NCBI GenBank assembly: GCA_965218435.1
Contig: CBDCKW010000009.1
Span: 416,001-480,000 of the forward strand
DNA length: 64,000 nucleotides
Direction of reading: 5' to 3'
DNA from: Truepera sp.
GTDB taxonomy: Bacteria; Deinococcota; Deinococci; Deinococcales; Trueperaceae
The position numbers and the translations under genes are program-made. Below are positions 48,176 to 58,305 of the stretch, one piece after another. Under the pieces are notes generated by a model, which saw nothing but the letters and a program-made list of their open reading frames with translations, ran no database searches and was not told the origin of the DNA. The stretch's first letter is position 1; every line of letters begins with the position of its first letter.

Positions 48176-48904
48176 GTGACAGTTGCTAGTGAGTTTGACG
48201 AAGTGTACCGACTCGAGCACACCCAGCACTTTACGCCCGAGAGAACGGGGCTCGAGGTTGACACGCTCGTTCAAGCTCTCGGCTTGATCCCTTCTGAACG
48301 CGTTTTAGACCTCGGCTGTGGTTGGGGGCGGCACCTAGCTGAGTTGAAGCAGCGCGGATTTACGAACCTTATTGGGGTAGACGTGCAGGGCGCGTTTTTA
48401 GAACCGCTCGAGGGTGTCGTGATGCTCGAGCGTGACGTGACGGGGCTCGAGGTTGACGCTGAATTCGACACAAAGTTTGACGCCGTGTACTGCGCCTTTA
48501 ACGCACTTTTCTCCCATGCTGACGCTGCCCAAGAAGTTTTTCAAGCTGTGGCCAAAGCCCTCAGACCCGGTGGGCGTTTTTTGCTCGATACGCAAAACCG
48601 TGAACGGTTGGTTCAAACAGAGAACACCCGTTCATGGCGGGGTGGTGGAGAGCTACCTTGGCTTTTGGAGGAAAGCCGATTTGACCTTTTAATCGGCAGC
48701 CAAACCATCTTCCAACGGCGTGTCTTTTTAGACGGTCACACTGAAGAGCGTACCCTGACGCGCTACCACTACACCTTTACCGAGCTCATAAAACTTGCCG
48801 AAGCTGCCGGACTCGTTTTCACTACCGTTTACGGCGACTGGCAACTTGGCCCTTATACGGCCCAAAGTCCTCGCATGATGCTCGTTACAAGAAAGGAAGC
48901 ATAA
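48176..48904 (+). CDS. Class I SAM-dependent methyltransferase
   Basis: VLDLGCGWGRH, LRPGGRFLLD. Start GTG 48176 after GGAGGAGG. Confidence 0.9.
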   Translation: MTVASEFDEVYRLEHTQHFTPERTGLEVDTLVQALGLIPSERVLDLGCGWGRHLAELKQRGFTNLIGVDVQGAFLEPLEGVVMLERDVTGLEVDAEFDTKFDAVYCAFNALFSHADAAQEVFQAVAKALRPGGRFLLDTQNRERLVQTENTRSWRGGGELPWLLEESRFDLLIGSQTIFQRRVFLDGHTEERTLTRYHYTFTELIKLAEAAGLVFTTVYGDWQLGPYTAQSPRMMLVTRKEA

Positions 48905-48905
48905 C

Positions 48906-51515
48906 GTGAAAGAACTCGCCAAACAGTACGACCCGCTGAGTATCGAAGGAAAATGGGTAAGGCGCTGGGCGGAAACGCCTTTTACGGCCGACGCGACGAG
49001 TAACAAACCGCCCTTCTGTATCGTCATCCCGCCGCCGAACGTGACAGGCAACTTGCACCTCGGGCACGCTTTTGACAATACGCTCATTGACACGCTGATT
49101 CGTTTCAAGCGGATGAACGGGTTTGAGGCGCTGTTTCAACCCGGTACCGACCATGCAGGGATTTCGACGCAAGTGCAGGTCGAGCGGGCGTTACGCGCCG
49201 AGGGTAAGACCAAAGAAGACTTGGGCCGCGAGGCGTTTTTAGAGCGGATGTGGGCCTGGAAAGAGCAGTACGGCGGCATTATCTTGTCACAGCTGCAGCG
49301 TCTAGGGATTTCGGCCGATTGGAGCCGGACGCGCTTTACGCTTGACGACGGCCTCTCAAAAGCGGTACGGCAACAGTTCGCCCTGCTCTACCACCGGGGG
49401 TTGGTGTACCGGGGCGAACGCATCGTCAATTGGGACCCGGTCACTCAGACGACCCTGAGTGACCTCGAGGTGGACCGCGAAGACCGCCCCGGCAAACTCT
49501 ATACTTTAGCGTATGAACTAGAGAGCGGCGGCGCGTTGCAGATTGCCACCGTGCGCCCTGAAACCATCTTTGCCGACGTTGCTTTGGCCGTTCACCCGGA
49601 CGATACGCGCTTTACCCACCTGCACGGCCAACAGGTCAGGGTTCCGCTGACTGAGCGTTGGATACCCATCATTACCGACGAAGCCGTCGAGATGGACTTC
49701 GGTACCGGAGCCTTGAAGATTACACCCGCGCACGACCCGACCGACTTTGAAATCGGCGAGCGTCACGGCCTGCCGCACCCGATTGTGATTGACCTAAACG
49801 CCAAGCTGACGGGTGAGCTGGTACCCGCAGCGTTCCGGGGACTCGATAGATTTGAAGCCAGAGCCTCAGTCGTTGCCGCCCTGCAAGACGCGGGCAACCT
49901 CGTCAGCACGCAAGATTACACGGTTCCTCTTGGGTTATCCGAGCGTACCGGGGTCCCGGTCGAGCCGATTTTGTCAACGCAGTGGTTTTTTAAGATGGGC
50001 GAGATTGCGCCGCAGGTGTTGGCGGCGCTCGAGGCCGGTGAGATGCACCTCATCCCCGAACGCTACACCAAAGTCAACCGCGACTGGTTGCAAAACTTGC
50101 GCGACTGGAACATCTCTCGTCAGCTCTGGTGGGGCCATCAGATTCCGGCGTGGTATGACGCCGACGGCAACGTCTATGTACCCGACCCGGAGACGCCCGA
50201 GCTCGACCCACCCGACGACCCACGTTATGCAGGTAAAGTATTGACGCAAGACCCGGACGTGTTCGACACCTGGTTTTCGTCGAACCTCTGGCCCTTTTCC
50301 ACGCTCGGTTGGCCCGATACCGAAGACCCGTTTCTTAAGAAGTTCTTTCCGACCTCGGCGCTCATCACGGGTTACGACATCATCTTTTTCTGGGTGACGA
50401 AGATGCAGCTCGCGTCTTACGCCCTGCTGGACGAAAAACCCTTTACCGACATCGTGCTGCACGGGTTGGTGTTAGACGAGCACGGACAGAAGATGTCGAA
50501 GTCTAAAGGTAACGGGATTGATCCCTTGACCGTCATGGACGCCTTCGGTGCGGACGCCCTAAGGTTTGCGATGGCCTACACCTCAACCGGTGGGCAAGAC
50601 ATCCGCTGGGACGACCGGCGCGTCGAGATGGGGCGCAACTTTACCAACAAACTCTGGAATGCGGCGCGGTTTGTGATGATGAACCTCTCGGACGGTATGC
50701 CGGACACACAAAACGTTGTCCCTGAAACTCTGGCTGACCGCTGGATTTTGAGCCGGCTGCAACGGGCAATCGGGGAGGTCACGCGGCACTTAGACGCGTT
50801 TGATCTAGGCGCAGCGACGCGGGCCGCCTACGACTTTGTTTGGTCGGAGTTTTGCGACTGGTACTTGGAGGCGGCCAAACCTGAGCTGCGTGAAGGGAAC
50901 GCGGCGACGAAGGCGGTGCTGGCCCTGGCCCTCACCGATATCTTGAAACTCTTGCACCCGCTCGTGCCGTTTATCACTTCGGAACTTTACGAGGCCCTCG
51001 AGTTTGACACGCAGCTGGGGTGGGCGAGCTGGCCGCAGGTTGATAAGGAGCTACTAGACGCTGACGCCGAACGCGACTTTATACGGTTACAAAACGCGGT
51101 GACAGGTGTGCGCAACCTCCGCGCTGAGGCGAACGTGCCGCCGTCACAAGAGATTTCGGTGTCGGTTAGTGGCGCGGGTGCGGAAGCTTTGCAGGCAAAC
51201 CCGGCGGTGTTTAAGGCGTTGACGCGGGCCAACGTGTTAGAAGCTCCGGTCGAGGGCGCGTCACTATCGCAAGTCGTGCCGGAACTCGAGCTCACTCTTC
51301 CCTTAACCGGCCTGGTAGATATCGGCGAGTGGCGGGCGCGGCAAGAAAAACGTCTAAAAGAGTTGAAGGCAAACCGGGACAAGAGCGCCAAAAAGCTCTC
51401 GAACGCCAAGTTCGTCCAAAATGCCCCGGCTGAAGTCGTTGAAGAAGAGAAGCGCCGTCTAGCTGAGGCTGAAGGCTTGATTGGGGGGCTCGAGGCCAGT
51501 TTGAGCGCACTTTAG
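48906..51515 (+). CDS. valS: Valine--tRNA ligase
   Basis: PPPNVTGNLHLGH, DWNISRQLWWGH, KMSKS, C-terminal coiled coil. Confidence 0.97.
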   Translation: MKELAKQYDPLSIEGKWVRRWAETPFTADATSNKPPFCIVIPPPNVTGNLHLGHAFDNTLIDTLIRFKRMNGFEALFQPGTDHAGISTQVQVERALRAEGKTKEDLGREAFLERMWAWKEQYGGIILSQLQRLGISADWSRTRFTLDDGLSKAVRQQFALLYHRGLVYRGERIVNWDPVTQTTLSDLEVDREDRPGKLYTLAYELESGGALQIATVRPETIFADVALAVHPDDTRFTHLHGQQVRVPLTERWIPIITDEAVEMDFGTGALKITPAHDPTDFEIGERHGLPHPIVIDLNAKLTGELVPAAFRGLDRFEARASVVAALQDAGNLVSTQDYTVPLGLSERTGVPVEPILSTQWFFKMGEIAPQVLAALEAGEMHLIPERYTKVNRDWLQNLRDWNISRQLWWGHQIPAWYDADGNVYVPDPETPELDPPDDPRYAGKVLTQDPDVFDTWFSSNLWPFSTLGWPDTEDPFLKKFFPTSALITGYDIIFFWVTKMQLASYALLDEKPFTDIVLHGLVLDEHGQKMSKSKGNGIDPLTVMDAFGADALRFAMAYTSTGGQDIRWDDRRVEMGRNFTNKLWNAARFVMMNLSDGMPDTQNVVPETLADRWILSRLQRAIGEVTRHLDAFDLGAATRAAYDFVWSEFCDWYLEAAKPELREGNAATKAVLALALTDILKLLHPLVPFITSELYEALEFDTQLGWASWPQVDKELLDADAERDFIRLQNAVTGVRNLRAEANVPPSQEISVSVSGAGAEALQANPAVFKALTRANVLEAPVEGASLSQVVPELELTLPLTGLVDIGEWRARQEKRLKELKANRDKSAKKLSNAKFVQNAPAEVVEEEKRRLAEAEGLIGGLEASLSAL

Positions 51516-51667
51516 AAAGGACGTTTAAGCCTCCTTGCTGAGATGAAATTGCTGAGGTGAGAACCAAAGGGGCACTCAAGCTCTTCGCTAAAGGAGCGTG
51601 CGGCTTAGATTGAGGTTTGCTCTAACACCTTGTGATTCTCCTTAAGCTCGGACTCAAAAGATGTTAT

Positions 51668-51912
51668 AACCTCGAGTGCTAGTTGGTTATGAGATATCTA
51701 GAAGACTCAAAAAGTTCACCGATTGCGTCATAGACGTTGTTTCCAGCTCACTCAGAAGGGTTGAGAAAGTAACCACGAGCGGCAAGCAGCCTTGAAGATT
51801 CACCGAAAGTATGTGTTCGGGTAGGTCAGCGGTCATGGTTGAAATACCATTTTGCGTCACAGACGCACTTCCTCGGTTGCAACGGGTCGTTTGTCTACTA
51901 GCACTCGAGGTT
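51668..51912. other. 245-bp intergenic element bounded by perfect 16-bp inverted repeats (MITE or structured ncRNA)
   Basis: AACCTCGAGTGCTAGT (51668-51683) and ACTAGCACTCGAGGTT (51897-51912). Internal repeat TTGCGTCAYAGACG at 51723 and 51852. Confidence 0.6.
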
Positions 51913-51972
51913 TATAGGGTGTATAGCTGAGGACCCTTGCCGGGCATGTGTTTCGTTACGACCACAAAGACT

Positions 51973-52000
51973 AAAAAGCCCCACCCGTAGGTGAGGCTTT
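51973..52000 (-). terminator. Intrinsic terminator of the S8 protease operon
   Basis: AAAAAGCCCCACC-CGTA-GGTGAGGCTTT. Confidence 0.75.
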
Positions 52001-52019
52001 CGCGGCTCGGTTTAGAGCT

Positions 52020-54599
52020 TTATTCGGTTGGTGGGTTCAGGTAACTCGTCAGCATCAGCCCGTAGTCGCCGGTGGTGGCGTTTTCCGGGTTGAGGGAGTC
52101 CCAGGCGATAACGACGACGTAGTAGGTTCCGCCGGAGTTGCTGGTGTAGGTGGCGCGCGATTCGCGGCCGGTGTAGTCGTCGTTAAAGGCGACCTGCTGG
52201 CCGTCTTCGTTATAGATGCCTAAGAGCGTATCGGGCTTACCGCTCTTTTCGGTCTCAACGTCGGCGACGAGTGTTTGACCGGCCGCTACGTCAACCTTAA
52301 AGATGTCGGCGTCGTTTTCGCCTATGGCGGCGTTGAGGGCACTACCGAGCGGGACGCTCTGCGCACCGTCAAAGTTGACGTTTTGAATCGTGGTGCTGAC
52401 GGTTTCGGCGCTGCCGTTGGGCTCTTCTTCGTCACCGATAAAGGGCGCGATGTCGAGGTCGTAGAGGTTAAAGGGGCTGTTGGTCCCCGGCGCGCCACTT
52501 ACTTCAGAAACTTCGACGTAGACCACGCCGTCGTCCGGGGCCGTAAAGTTCACGAGCGGGTCGCTGCTAAAGGTTTGATTGTCGTCGTTTTCAGCCAGCA
52601 CCGAACCGTCTTCGGCGTAGACCGTTAGGGCTGCGTCAAAGTTGCCGAGGGCGGTCTCGAAGTTGACGCGGTAGGACTCACCGCCGGTTACGGGCAGCGC
52701 GTAGACGTCTACGTCGGTGTCGGCGTTCTCGTCGTAAAGGCTGGCGCGCAGCGTAAGGCTGTCTGCGCTAAGTTCCGCCGCGTTGCCGATCTTGCCGTTG
52801 GGCTCGAACGGATCGTCAAACGTATTGACGTCGAGGGCAACCTGCACGTTGGTCTTGTCGCCTGGAGAGATCGTCACGTCCGTTTCGGCGGTCGCGGCGG
52901 CAATACCGGTCGTGGCGGTGTGCGGTCCGCTGACCTGGAGCGTATAGTTGCCCGCTTCCATCTGCTGAAACAACCCGAGACCCAAGGGGATGAAGAGTGA
53001 GCCGTCGGAAGTTTGGGTGTACTCGACGGCGTTGTCACCTTTTTTAGGGATTAGGGTCAGGCCGACGGTGGGAATTTGCACCTTGGGGTTACTTTTGAGT
53101 ACGGCGCTGACCAAAACTGAACCGCCGTCTTTAACCGGGTTGGAGGCCACTTCTAGGGCACGTTTGACCGCTGCCGCCGAATCGACAATTCCCGCGCCTA
53201 AGGCGCTGCGGTCGTAGCCGCTGGGCTTAAAGGCAGTGTCGCGGAGGATGCTGGTGACTTGCGCGGCGCTTAAGACGCCTGTGATGTTGCCGCTCGCGTC
53301 GCGTTTGGCGCTGGCCTCGAGGACCAGCGCGGCAACCCCGGCGGTCGCGGGGCTCGAGAACGAGGTACCGCTGATATAGGTGTAGGCGTTTTCCGGCGCG
53401 TTAGGACCGCAAGAGCTGCCGTCGGGCGTGTTAAAAATGCAGCTGCGCGTCGTCGGTACCCAGATATTTTCACCGGGCGCGGCCACGTCAATATGCAGGC
53501 CACGGTTCGAAAAGCTGGTGCGTTCATCTTGCGGAGTCGTCGCCGCCACGTTGATCAGGCCGGGGGTCCACGCCGGGAACGACGGGCCTTCGGTCGGGGT
53601 ATTGCCCGCCGAAGTCACCAGTACGATACCCGAACTGAGCATCAGGTCCATCGTGTCTTTGATGGCCTGGCTGTAAAAGTCACCGCCCCAAGACATATTG
53701 AGCACGTGGACATAAGCGCCGGTCTCGGGGTCGGTACCGGGGGCACGGTCGTCGCCACCGGGTTTGAGATCGGGTCCGAGCACGGCGAAGATCGCCGAGT
53801 TGATAATCGCCGAATCGACGAGTCCGCCGTCTTCGGGTTCGCTGATCGCGAGCGGCACGATCGAAGCGCCGTAGGCCGTTCCGAGGCCGCCGAGTTCGTT
53901 GCTGACCGCGGCGGCAGTTCCGGCGACCGAGGTCCCGTGGTCGCCGATACCGTCGTGCGGCGTTTCGGGGGTGATCTGCGCGTCTGTAAAAGCTGCAGCG
54001 AATGATTCGCCACCGGCGAGCAGTTCATTCGCCTTAAAGCCGTCGAAACCCGGGTAAAACATGTTGTCTACCAGGTCGGGGTGGCGGTGGTCGATAAAGT
54101 CGTCGTGAATCCCGATGCGGATACCGTCGCCGGTAATCCCTTGGTCCCACGCCCCCAGCGAGTTCAGCTGGCGGTGCATCCACTGCACGTCAAAGTCCGG
54201 GTCGGGAACGCTGACCTGGTTGGGTCTCAGCGACGTTGTATTGACGCCCTTTGCGCCAGCGGGGTCCGCGAGCTTATGAACGTAGTTGGGTTCGGCGTAG
54301 CGGAGCCCCCGGAGGTGCTGTGCGCTGGCCTGCGCCTTGGCGACCGGCAGACCTTTGGGCAGCGTTACGAGCGCCGCGTCGATCTGCGTCCAGTCGGTTT
54401 TGAGGGTACCGCCGAGCTTGCGGGCGAGTTCAGCAGCGTCGGTTCCGTCACGGTAGCCGATCACAAGTTCGCCTTCGATAAAGCCGCGGCTGTCGATCTT
54501 GTAGTTGTAGTCGGGGGCGCTGGCCTGCGGTACCCGAACGTCGGTCTGGCAGGCGGCCAGCGTCAAAAGCAGTAGTGCGCCGGTAAAGTAACGTTTCAT
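52020..54599 (-). CDS. S8 subtilase lipoprotein with C-terminal PPC-like domains
   Basis: LAAC lipobox, triad motifs IHDD, HGTSVAG and GTSFSSP, and repeated DVDVY/NDD pre-peptidase-like modules. Confidence 0.92.
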   Translation of the reverse strand: MKRYFTGALLLLTLAACQTDVRVPQASAPDYNYKIDSRGFIEGELVIGYRDGTDAAELARKLGGTLKTDWTQIDAALVTLPKGLPVAKAQASAQHLRGLRYAEPNYVHKLADPAGAKGVNTTSLRPNQVSVPDPDFDVQWMHRQLNSLGAWDQGITGDGIRIGIHDDFIDHRHPDLVDNMFYPGFDGFKANELLAGGESFAAAFTDAQITPETPHDGIGDHGTSVAGTAAAVSNELGGLGTAYGASIVPLAISEPEDGGLVDSAIINSAIFAVLGPDLKPGGDDRAPGTDPETGAYVHVLNMSWGGDFYSQAIKDTMDLMLSSGIVLVTSAGNTPTEGPSFPAWTPGLINVAATTPQDERTSFSNRGLHIDVAAPGENIWVPTTRSCIFNTPDGSSCGPNAPENAYTYISGTSFSSPATAGVAALVLEASAKRDASGNITGVLSAAQVTSILRDTAFKPSGYDRSALGAGIVDSAAAVKRALEVASNPVKDGGSVLVSAVLKSNPKVQIPTVGLTLIPKKGDNAVEYTQTSDGSLFIPLGLGLFQQMEAGNYTLQVSGPHTATTGIAAATAETDVTISPGDKTNVQVALDVNTFDDPFEPNGKIGNAAELSADSLTLRASLYDENADTDVDVYALPVTGGESYRVNFETALGNFDAALTVYAEDGSVLAENDDNQTFSSDPLVNFTAPDDGVVYVEVSEVSGAPGTNSPFNLYDLDIAPFIGDEEEPNGSAETVSTTIQNVNFDGAQSVPLGSALNAAIGENDADIFKVDVAAGQTLVADVETEKSGKPDTLLGIYNEDGQQVAFNDDYTGRESRATYTSNSGGTYYVVVIAWDSLNPENATTGDYGLMLTSYLNPPTE

Positions 54600-54607
54600 C
54601 ACGACTC

Positions 54608-56257
54608 CTAAAAGCTGCCGTCGCCGGTTGAAAAGGTGTTGACGGGACCGTCGGAAACGCCGAAGCCCACCCCAAAAACGTCGAAGAAGTCCGCCCCGAC
54701 CGAGATGGCGTTCTCGCCCTCGACCTCGCCTTTACTATTGACCTTGCCATTACTCGTAATAGCGATAGGCTGCCAGTCATAGCCGTGGAAGGGTTGGAGC
54801 TTCTCGTTGACCGCCGTTCCGTCCAGGTTATGCGGGAGGCTCAGTTCAGTTGCGTCGCCGAGGTCGCCGCCGAGAAAAAGCCACTCGATAGGGCTGCCCT
54901 CGGCGTGTACCCGGTCGAGGACGGCTGCACCGATGTAGAGCAAGTTCTGGCGGTTGTCTACGGCAATGTCGTAAGTCGGAGAAACTGATACATTAACGGC
55001 GTCGTTGCCGGGGCTGAGCGCGTCAACCCCTAAGATCGGCAGCGGCGTAACGAAGGCATCTTTTGAGATGCTTACTGAGTCGCCGTAAAACGCTTCGACG
55101 CGGTACTTGGTCTTGACGCCGGCCTCGAGGCCGGCGCTGGCGTCGCGGTAGGCGTAGAGCGTGTTGTCTTTGTTTTTCGGGTCGAGAGACGCCTGCGCGG
55201 GGCTGATCTGCGCAATGGGTAAGAGAGTTCCGGCAGGCCGCCCGATCAGTTTGCGGTAGATGCGGAACCCGGTTGGGAGGATGTCGCCGTCGTACTCAAA
55301 GGTGAGGTCGGTCCAGATCAGACCTTCATCTAAGTAGCCCTGAGTTTTTACGCCCGTTTGGGCCGGGGCAAAGTCTTTAAGCGCGTTTAGATTACCTGCA
55401 CGCACGGCTTTCATCAGCTTACTACCGCTAAAACCGACGTTCGCACCTACCTGACTACCCGTACTGAGCGAACCAAAGACAGCAGTATCGCCGAACGTTA
55501 CGGCGAACGCGCCTAAGTTGGTAACGTCGCCGAGCTCGGCTTCGTCTGCCGGAGCGCCGACTTGGACGTAACGGACGACTTCGGTACGGTTGAAATTGCC
55601 GTCGTAGGCGACGATATGAACGCTCGTATCGCCTTCAAACCCGGCAGTTGAGACCGTAACCTCGGTCTCGCTACCGTCAAAACCGAAGGACGTGCCCGGT
55701 ACCGAGGCGTTAAGAAACCCCGAGGTGCCGCGCGACTGACCGAGGCCGACCGTGCCCAAACTGTAAAATTTGTTCGCGTTGGGACTGGCGACGCTGCCGC
55801 TAACCGTAAAGCTTAAGCTGCCGTCGTCGCCACCGGGGACGCTCGAGCCGTTTTCCAGGCTCACATTTAGCTCGGGTGAGACGGTGGGTAAAAAGGGATC
55901 GAACGCTTCGGCTTGGATGGTGCTGTACTTCGTTTCGGCGCGGTCGCCGACCCGCAGTCCCTCGACCGCCGAAGTTGCGTAACCGTCTTGGGTGAACGTC
56001 AGGTCGGCAAACCCCGTAGGGATACCGAAAAGGCGATAAAAGCCGTGTTCATTGGTGGTGGTGCTGACCTCGGTCCCGGCGAGCGTCACTACGGTACCGG
56101 CGACATCGGTTCCGGCCTTGCGGTTGACGACGTACCCCGAAACGCTGCCGGTACCCGGTTTCCAGGTCGTTGCGTCGAGCGGCGGCGCAGCGGTCTGCGA
56201 ACAGGCCGCGAGCAGCGCAAGAGCAGCTAAGGCAAAACTGCGCGGATAAAGCTTCAT
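54608..56257 (-). CDS. Lipoprotein with carboxypeptidase-regulatory-like (Ig/transthyretin) N-terminal domain
   Basis: LAAC lipobox, GSVSGYV...TTTNEHGFY. GGAGG SD. Co-oriented with the S8 gene. Confidence 0.85.
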   Translation of the reverse strand: MKLYPRSFALAALALLAACSQTAAPPLDATTWKPGTGSVSGYVVNRKAGTDVAGTVVTLAGTEVSTTTNEHGFYRLFGIPTGFADLTFTQDGYATSAVEGLRVGDRAETKYSTIQAEAFDPFLPTVSPELNVSLENGSSVPGGDDGSLSFTVSGSVASPNANKFYSLGTVGLGQSRGTSGFLNASVPGTSFGFDGSETEVTVSTAGFEGDTSVHIVAYDGNFNRTEVVRYVQVGAPADEAELGDVTNLGAFAVTFGDTAVFGSLSTGSQVGANVGFSGSKLMKAVRAGNLNALKDFAPAQTGVKTQGYLDEGLIWTDLTFEYDGDILPTGFRIYRKLIGRPAGTLLPIAQISPAQASLDPKNKDNTLYAYRDASAGLEAGVKTKYRVEAFYGDSVSISKDAFVTPLPILGVDALSPGNDAVNVSVSPTYDIAVDNRQNLLYIGAAVLDRVHAEGSPIEWLFLGGDLGDATELSLPHNLDGTAVNEKLQPFHGYDWQPIAITSNGKVNSKGEVEGENAISVGADFFDVFGVGFGVSDGPVNTFSTGDGSF

Positions 56258-56832
56258 AAAACCTCCGAAAAAGAACGCGCTAAACCCTGATTCAGCCAGT
56301 TAAACCTGTACAAGTTAATGGACGCCTCCCTCTATTTCTTCCCTTAGCCAAGCTTTTGTGAAGTGCTCGGTACAAGGCGCGTTACATTTAAGCATACGGA
56401 ACTCCTCACCGAAGAGGAAAAATACGCGTCCCGTCACAACGCCCCGCTGAAAGTCAAGAGTAAGCGTACCTTAAAATGCCCTCATGAAGCTACCCCGGCA
56501 TTGCCCCATGGTCTGCACCAGTACACTTCATGACCCGGTACACCGGCCAAGGGCTTATTCTCGCGTCGCTTTCGGTGTGAGTCCCGGCGAGATGACGCCT
56601 TACTTGGCGCTGTACTTGGTTGGGTACTTGGCCCTCTCGTCGCGGCGACCACAAAGCGCAAACGCTTCAAACGGCGGCCGTCCAAAAGCAGAGAAGCTGC
56701 TCGGCTCTACCAGAACGGTTTCATCCGAAGGTAAGATCGGTTTTCTCGAGCGGTCACCGCGTAACTTCTGTGCAATTTCTGTGTAATTTCTGCGCGTCAC
56801 TGTGTAGCCTTAGAAGTCTTCTAAAGGACTCC

Positions 56833-57366
56833 TTATTTTTGCCCGCTACCCGTATCCCAGGTCGCGGTTTCTAACAGTGTGTCAACGAGGGTCTCGAGTG
56901 CCCACAGGGTTGCCGGACCACTGTTGGCATCATTCGTGACTGTCTTGCGCGTCCCATTTTGTACGACGCTGGTGATCGCCGTGGCGTTGTCCAGAAACGG
57001 CGAAAGATAGCTCTTGTTGAAATTCATAAAATCTATTGCACCGATGTAACGCAAAAGCTGCCGGAATTGCCCGACGCTGATCTGTCCGGTGTGCTGCCCC
57101 ATATGCGGGGCGTTAAAGCTGCCGGTATAGCTGAAGCTGCCGTCGGCGCGGATGGTTACAGTGTACGCGGGGCATGACGTGAGGCAGCGGGTACGCTCGA
57201 GCCTTATCTCGGAAATGTCGGGGACAGCTTGCGGGTTGGCCTTTTCGAGGCCCGGATAGAGTTCGGTGCCGGGAGGAAGCTTGTCCGTTTGCGCCACTGC
57301 CAAGGGAATCAGGCTCGCCAAGCTGCCACAACACGCCAGTAGCCGGAAAATTTTCGGGTAGGTCAT
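56833..57366 (-). CDS. Exported protein, DUF6438-like
   Basis: Signal peptide and IRLERTRCLTSCPAYTVTIRADG motif. Confidence 0.75.
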   Translation of the reverse strand: MTYPKIFRLLACCGSLASLIPLAVAQTDKLPPGTELYPGLEKANPQAVPDISEIRLERTRCLTSCPAYTVTIRADGSFSYTGSFNAPHMGQHTGQISVGQFRQLLRYIGAIDFMNFNKSYLSPFLDNATAITSVVQNGTRKTVTNDANSGPATLWALETLVDTLLETATWDTGSGQK

Positions 57367-57399
57367 GTTCTGACTATGCAAGCTATTTGTGAGAGTTGG

Positions 57400-57444
57400 C
57401 TACGGGCTTAAACGCTATGGGCTTAAACGCTAGGGGTTTAGACG
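57400..57444. repeat. 15-bp tandem repeat x3
   Basis: CTACGGGCTTAAACG CTATGGGCTTAAACG CTAGGGGTTTAGACG. Confidence 0.8.
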
Positions 57445-57514
57445 TGGTGTGTCGGTTTTGGAAGCTGAAGGGCTGCTACCGACGCGCAGGTAGCACGTAA
57501 CCTCACGAACAACC

Positions 57515-57928
57515 TCACGCGAACAGTTTAGTGACGAACGCCCATAACGGTGGCCCGAGTACCCACACCCCAACGATAACCGAGAACAGCGCCGCGACGA
57601 GCACGGCTCCGGCTCCGGCGTCTTTGGCATATTTGGCGAGCGGGTGCAGCTCCGGTGAGGCGAGGTCTACGGTGGCCTCGAGCCCGCTGTTTAGCAGCTC
57701 CAACGACAACACGAGGGCGCACATGATCAGAACCGGGACGACGCCCGTTTGCACCACGAAGGTAAGCATCAGGGTAAAAACGCCGACGGTAGTCTCGAGC
57801 CGAAAGTTGCCGCTAACTTGCCACACTGCAACGATGCCTGCGAAGGCGACCCGAAAAGCTGCGCGGAGCCGTTTTACTGAGAGAGCAGCGCCACGATGCG
57901 CGTTTGGTTGGCGCGGAAGGTGGCCCAT
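57515..57928 (-). CDS. dgkA: Diacylglycerol/undecaprenol kinase
   Basis: ELLNSGLEATVD, AKDAGAGAVL. GGAGG SD before ATG 57928. Confidence 0.9.
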   Translation of the reverse strand: MGHLPRQPNAHRGAALSVKRLRAAFRVAFAGIVAVWQVSGNFRLETTVGVFTLMLTFVVQTGVVPVLIMCALVLSLELLNSGLEATVDLASPELHPLAKYAKDAGAGAVLVAALFSVIVGVWVLGPPLWAFVTKLFA

Positions 57929-58305
57929 TCGTCCTCCGTAGGATGGTCGTAACCGAGCAGATGGGTCAGCCCGTGCGCGGCGAGGGTGGCGACTTCGGTC
58001 TCGAGCGTGTGCCCGGCGGCGTCCGCTTGGCGCTGCGCGGTGTCTAAGCTGATCACCACGTCGCCTAAGTGCGGCACGTCGGGAAACCCCTCGTCGCCGA
58101 GTTCAAACAGGGGAAACGACAGCACATCGGTCGGGCTGTCTACACCCAAATGCTCACGGTTAAGTTCGTGAATCTCTTCGTCGTCAACGAGCACAACCGT
58201 GAGCTGTTTATCCTCGACGCCGAGTTCGGTGCTCAGCGTCCTTAAGGCGCTTTTGAGGGCGTTACGGGAGGGGTAACGCTGGGCTTCGCCGAGAATCTCG
58301 ATCAT
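57874..58305 (-). CDS. ybeY: rRNA maturation endoribonuclease
   Basis: PTDVLSF, LGDVVIS, HGLTHLLGYDH. Confidence 0.95.
   Translation of the reverse strand: MIEILGEAQRYPSRNALKSALRTLSTELGVEDKQLTVVLVDDEEIHELNREHLGVDSPTDVLSFPLFELGDEGFPDVPHLGDVVISLDTAQRQADAAGHTLETEVATLAAHGLTHLLGYDHPTEDEWATFRANQTRIVALLSQ

Noticed and set aside
51668..51912. CIRCE operator for HrcA (arms contain GAGTGCTAG / CTAGCACTC)
   Set aside because: The half-sites are in the reverse order and more than 200 bp apart rather than 9 bp, and they lie between convergent gene ends.
51668..51912. Retron msr/msd ncRNA
   Set aside because: No reverse transcriptase gene anywhere in the window.
56482..56874. Short ORFs in the intergenic region upstream of the lipoprotein-S8 operon
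   Set aside because: Overlapping candidates on both strands, none with a ribosome-binding signal or recognisable motif.
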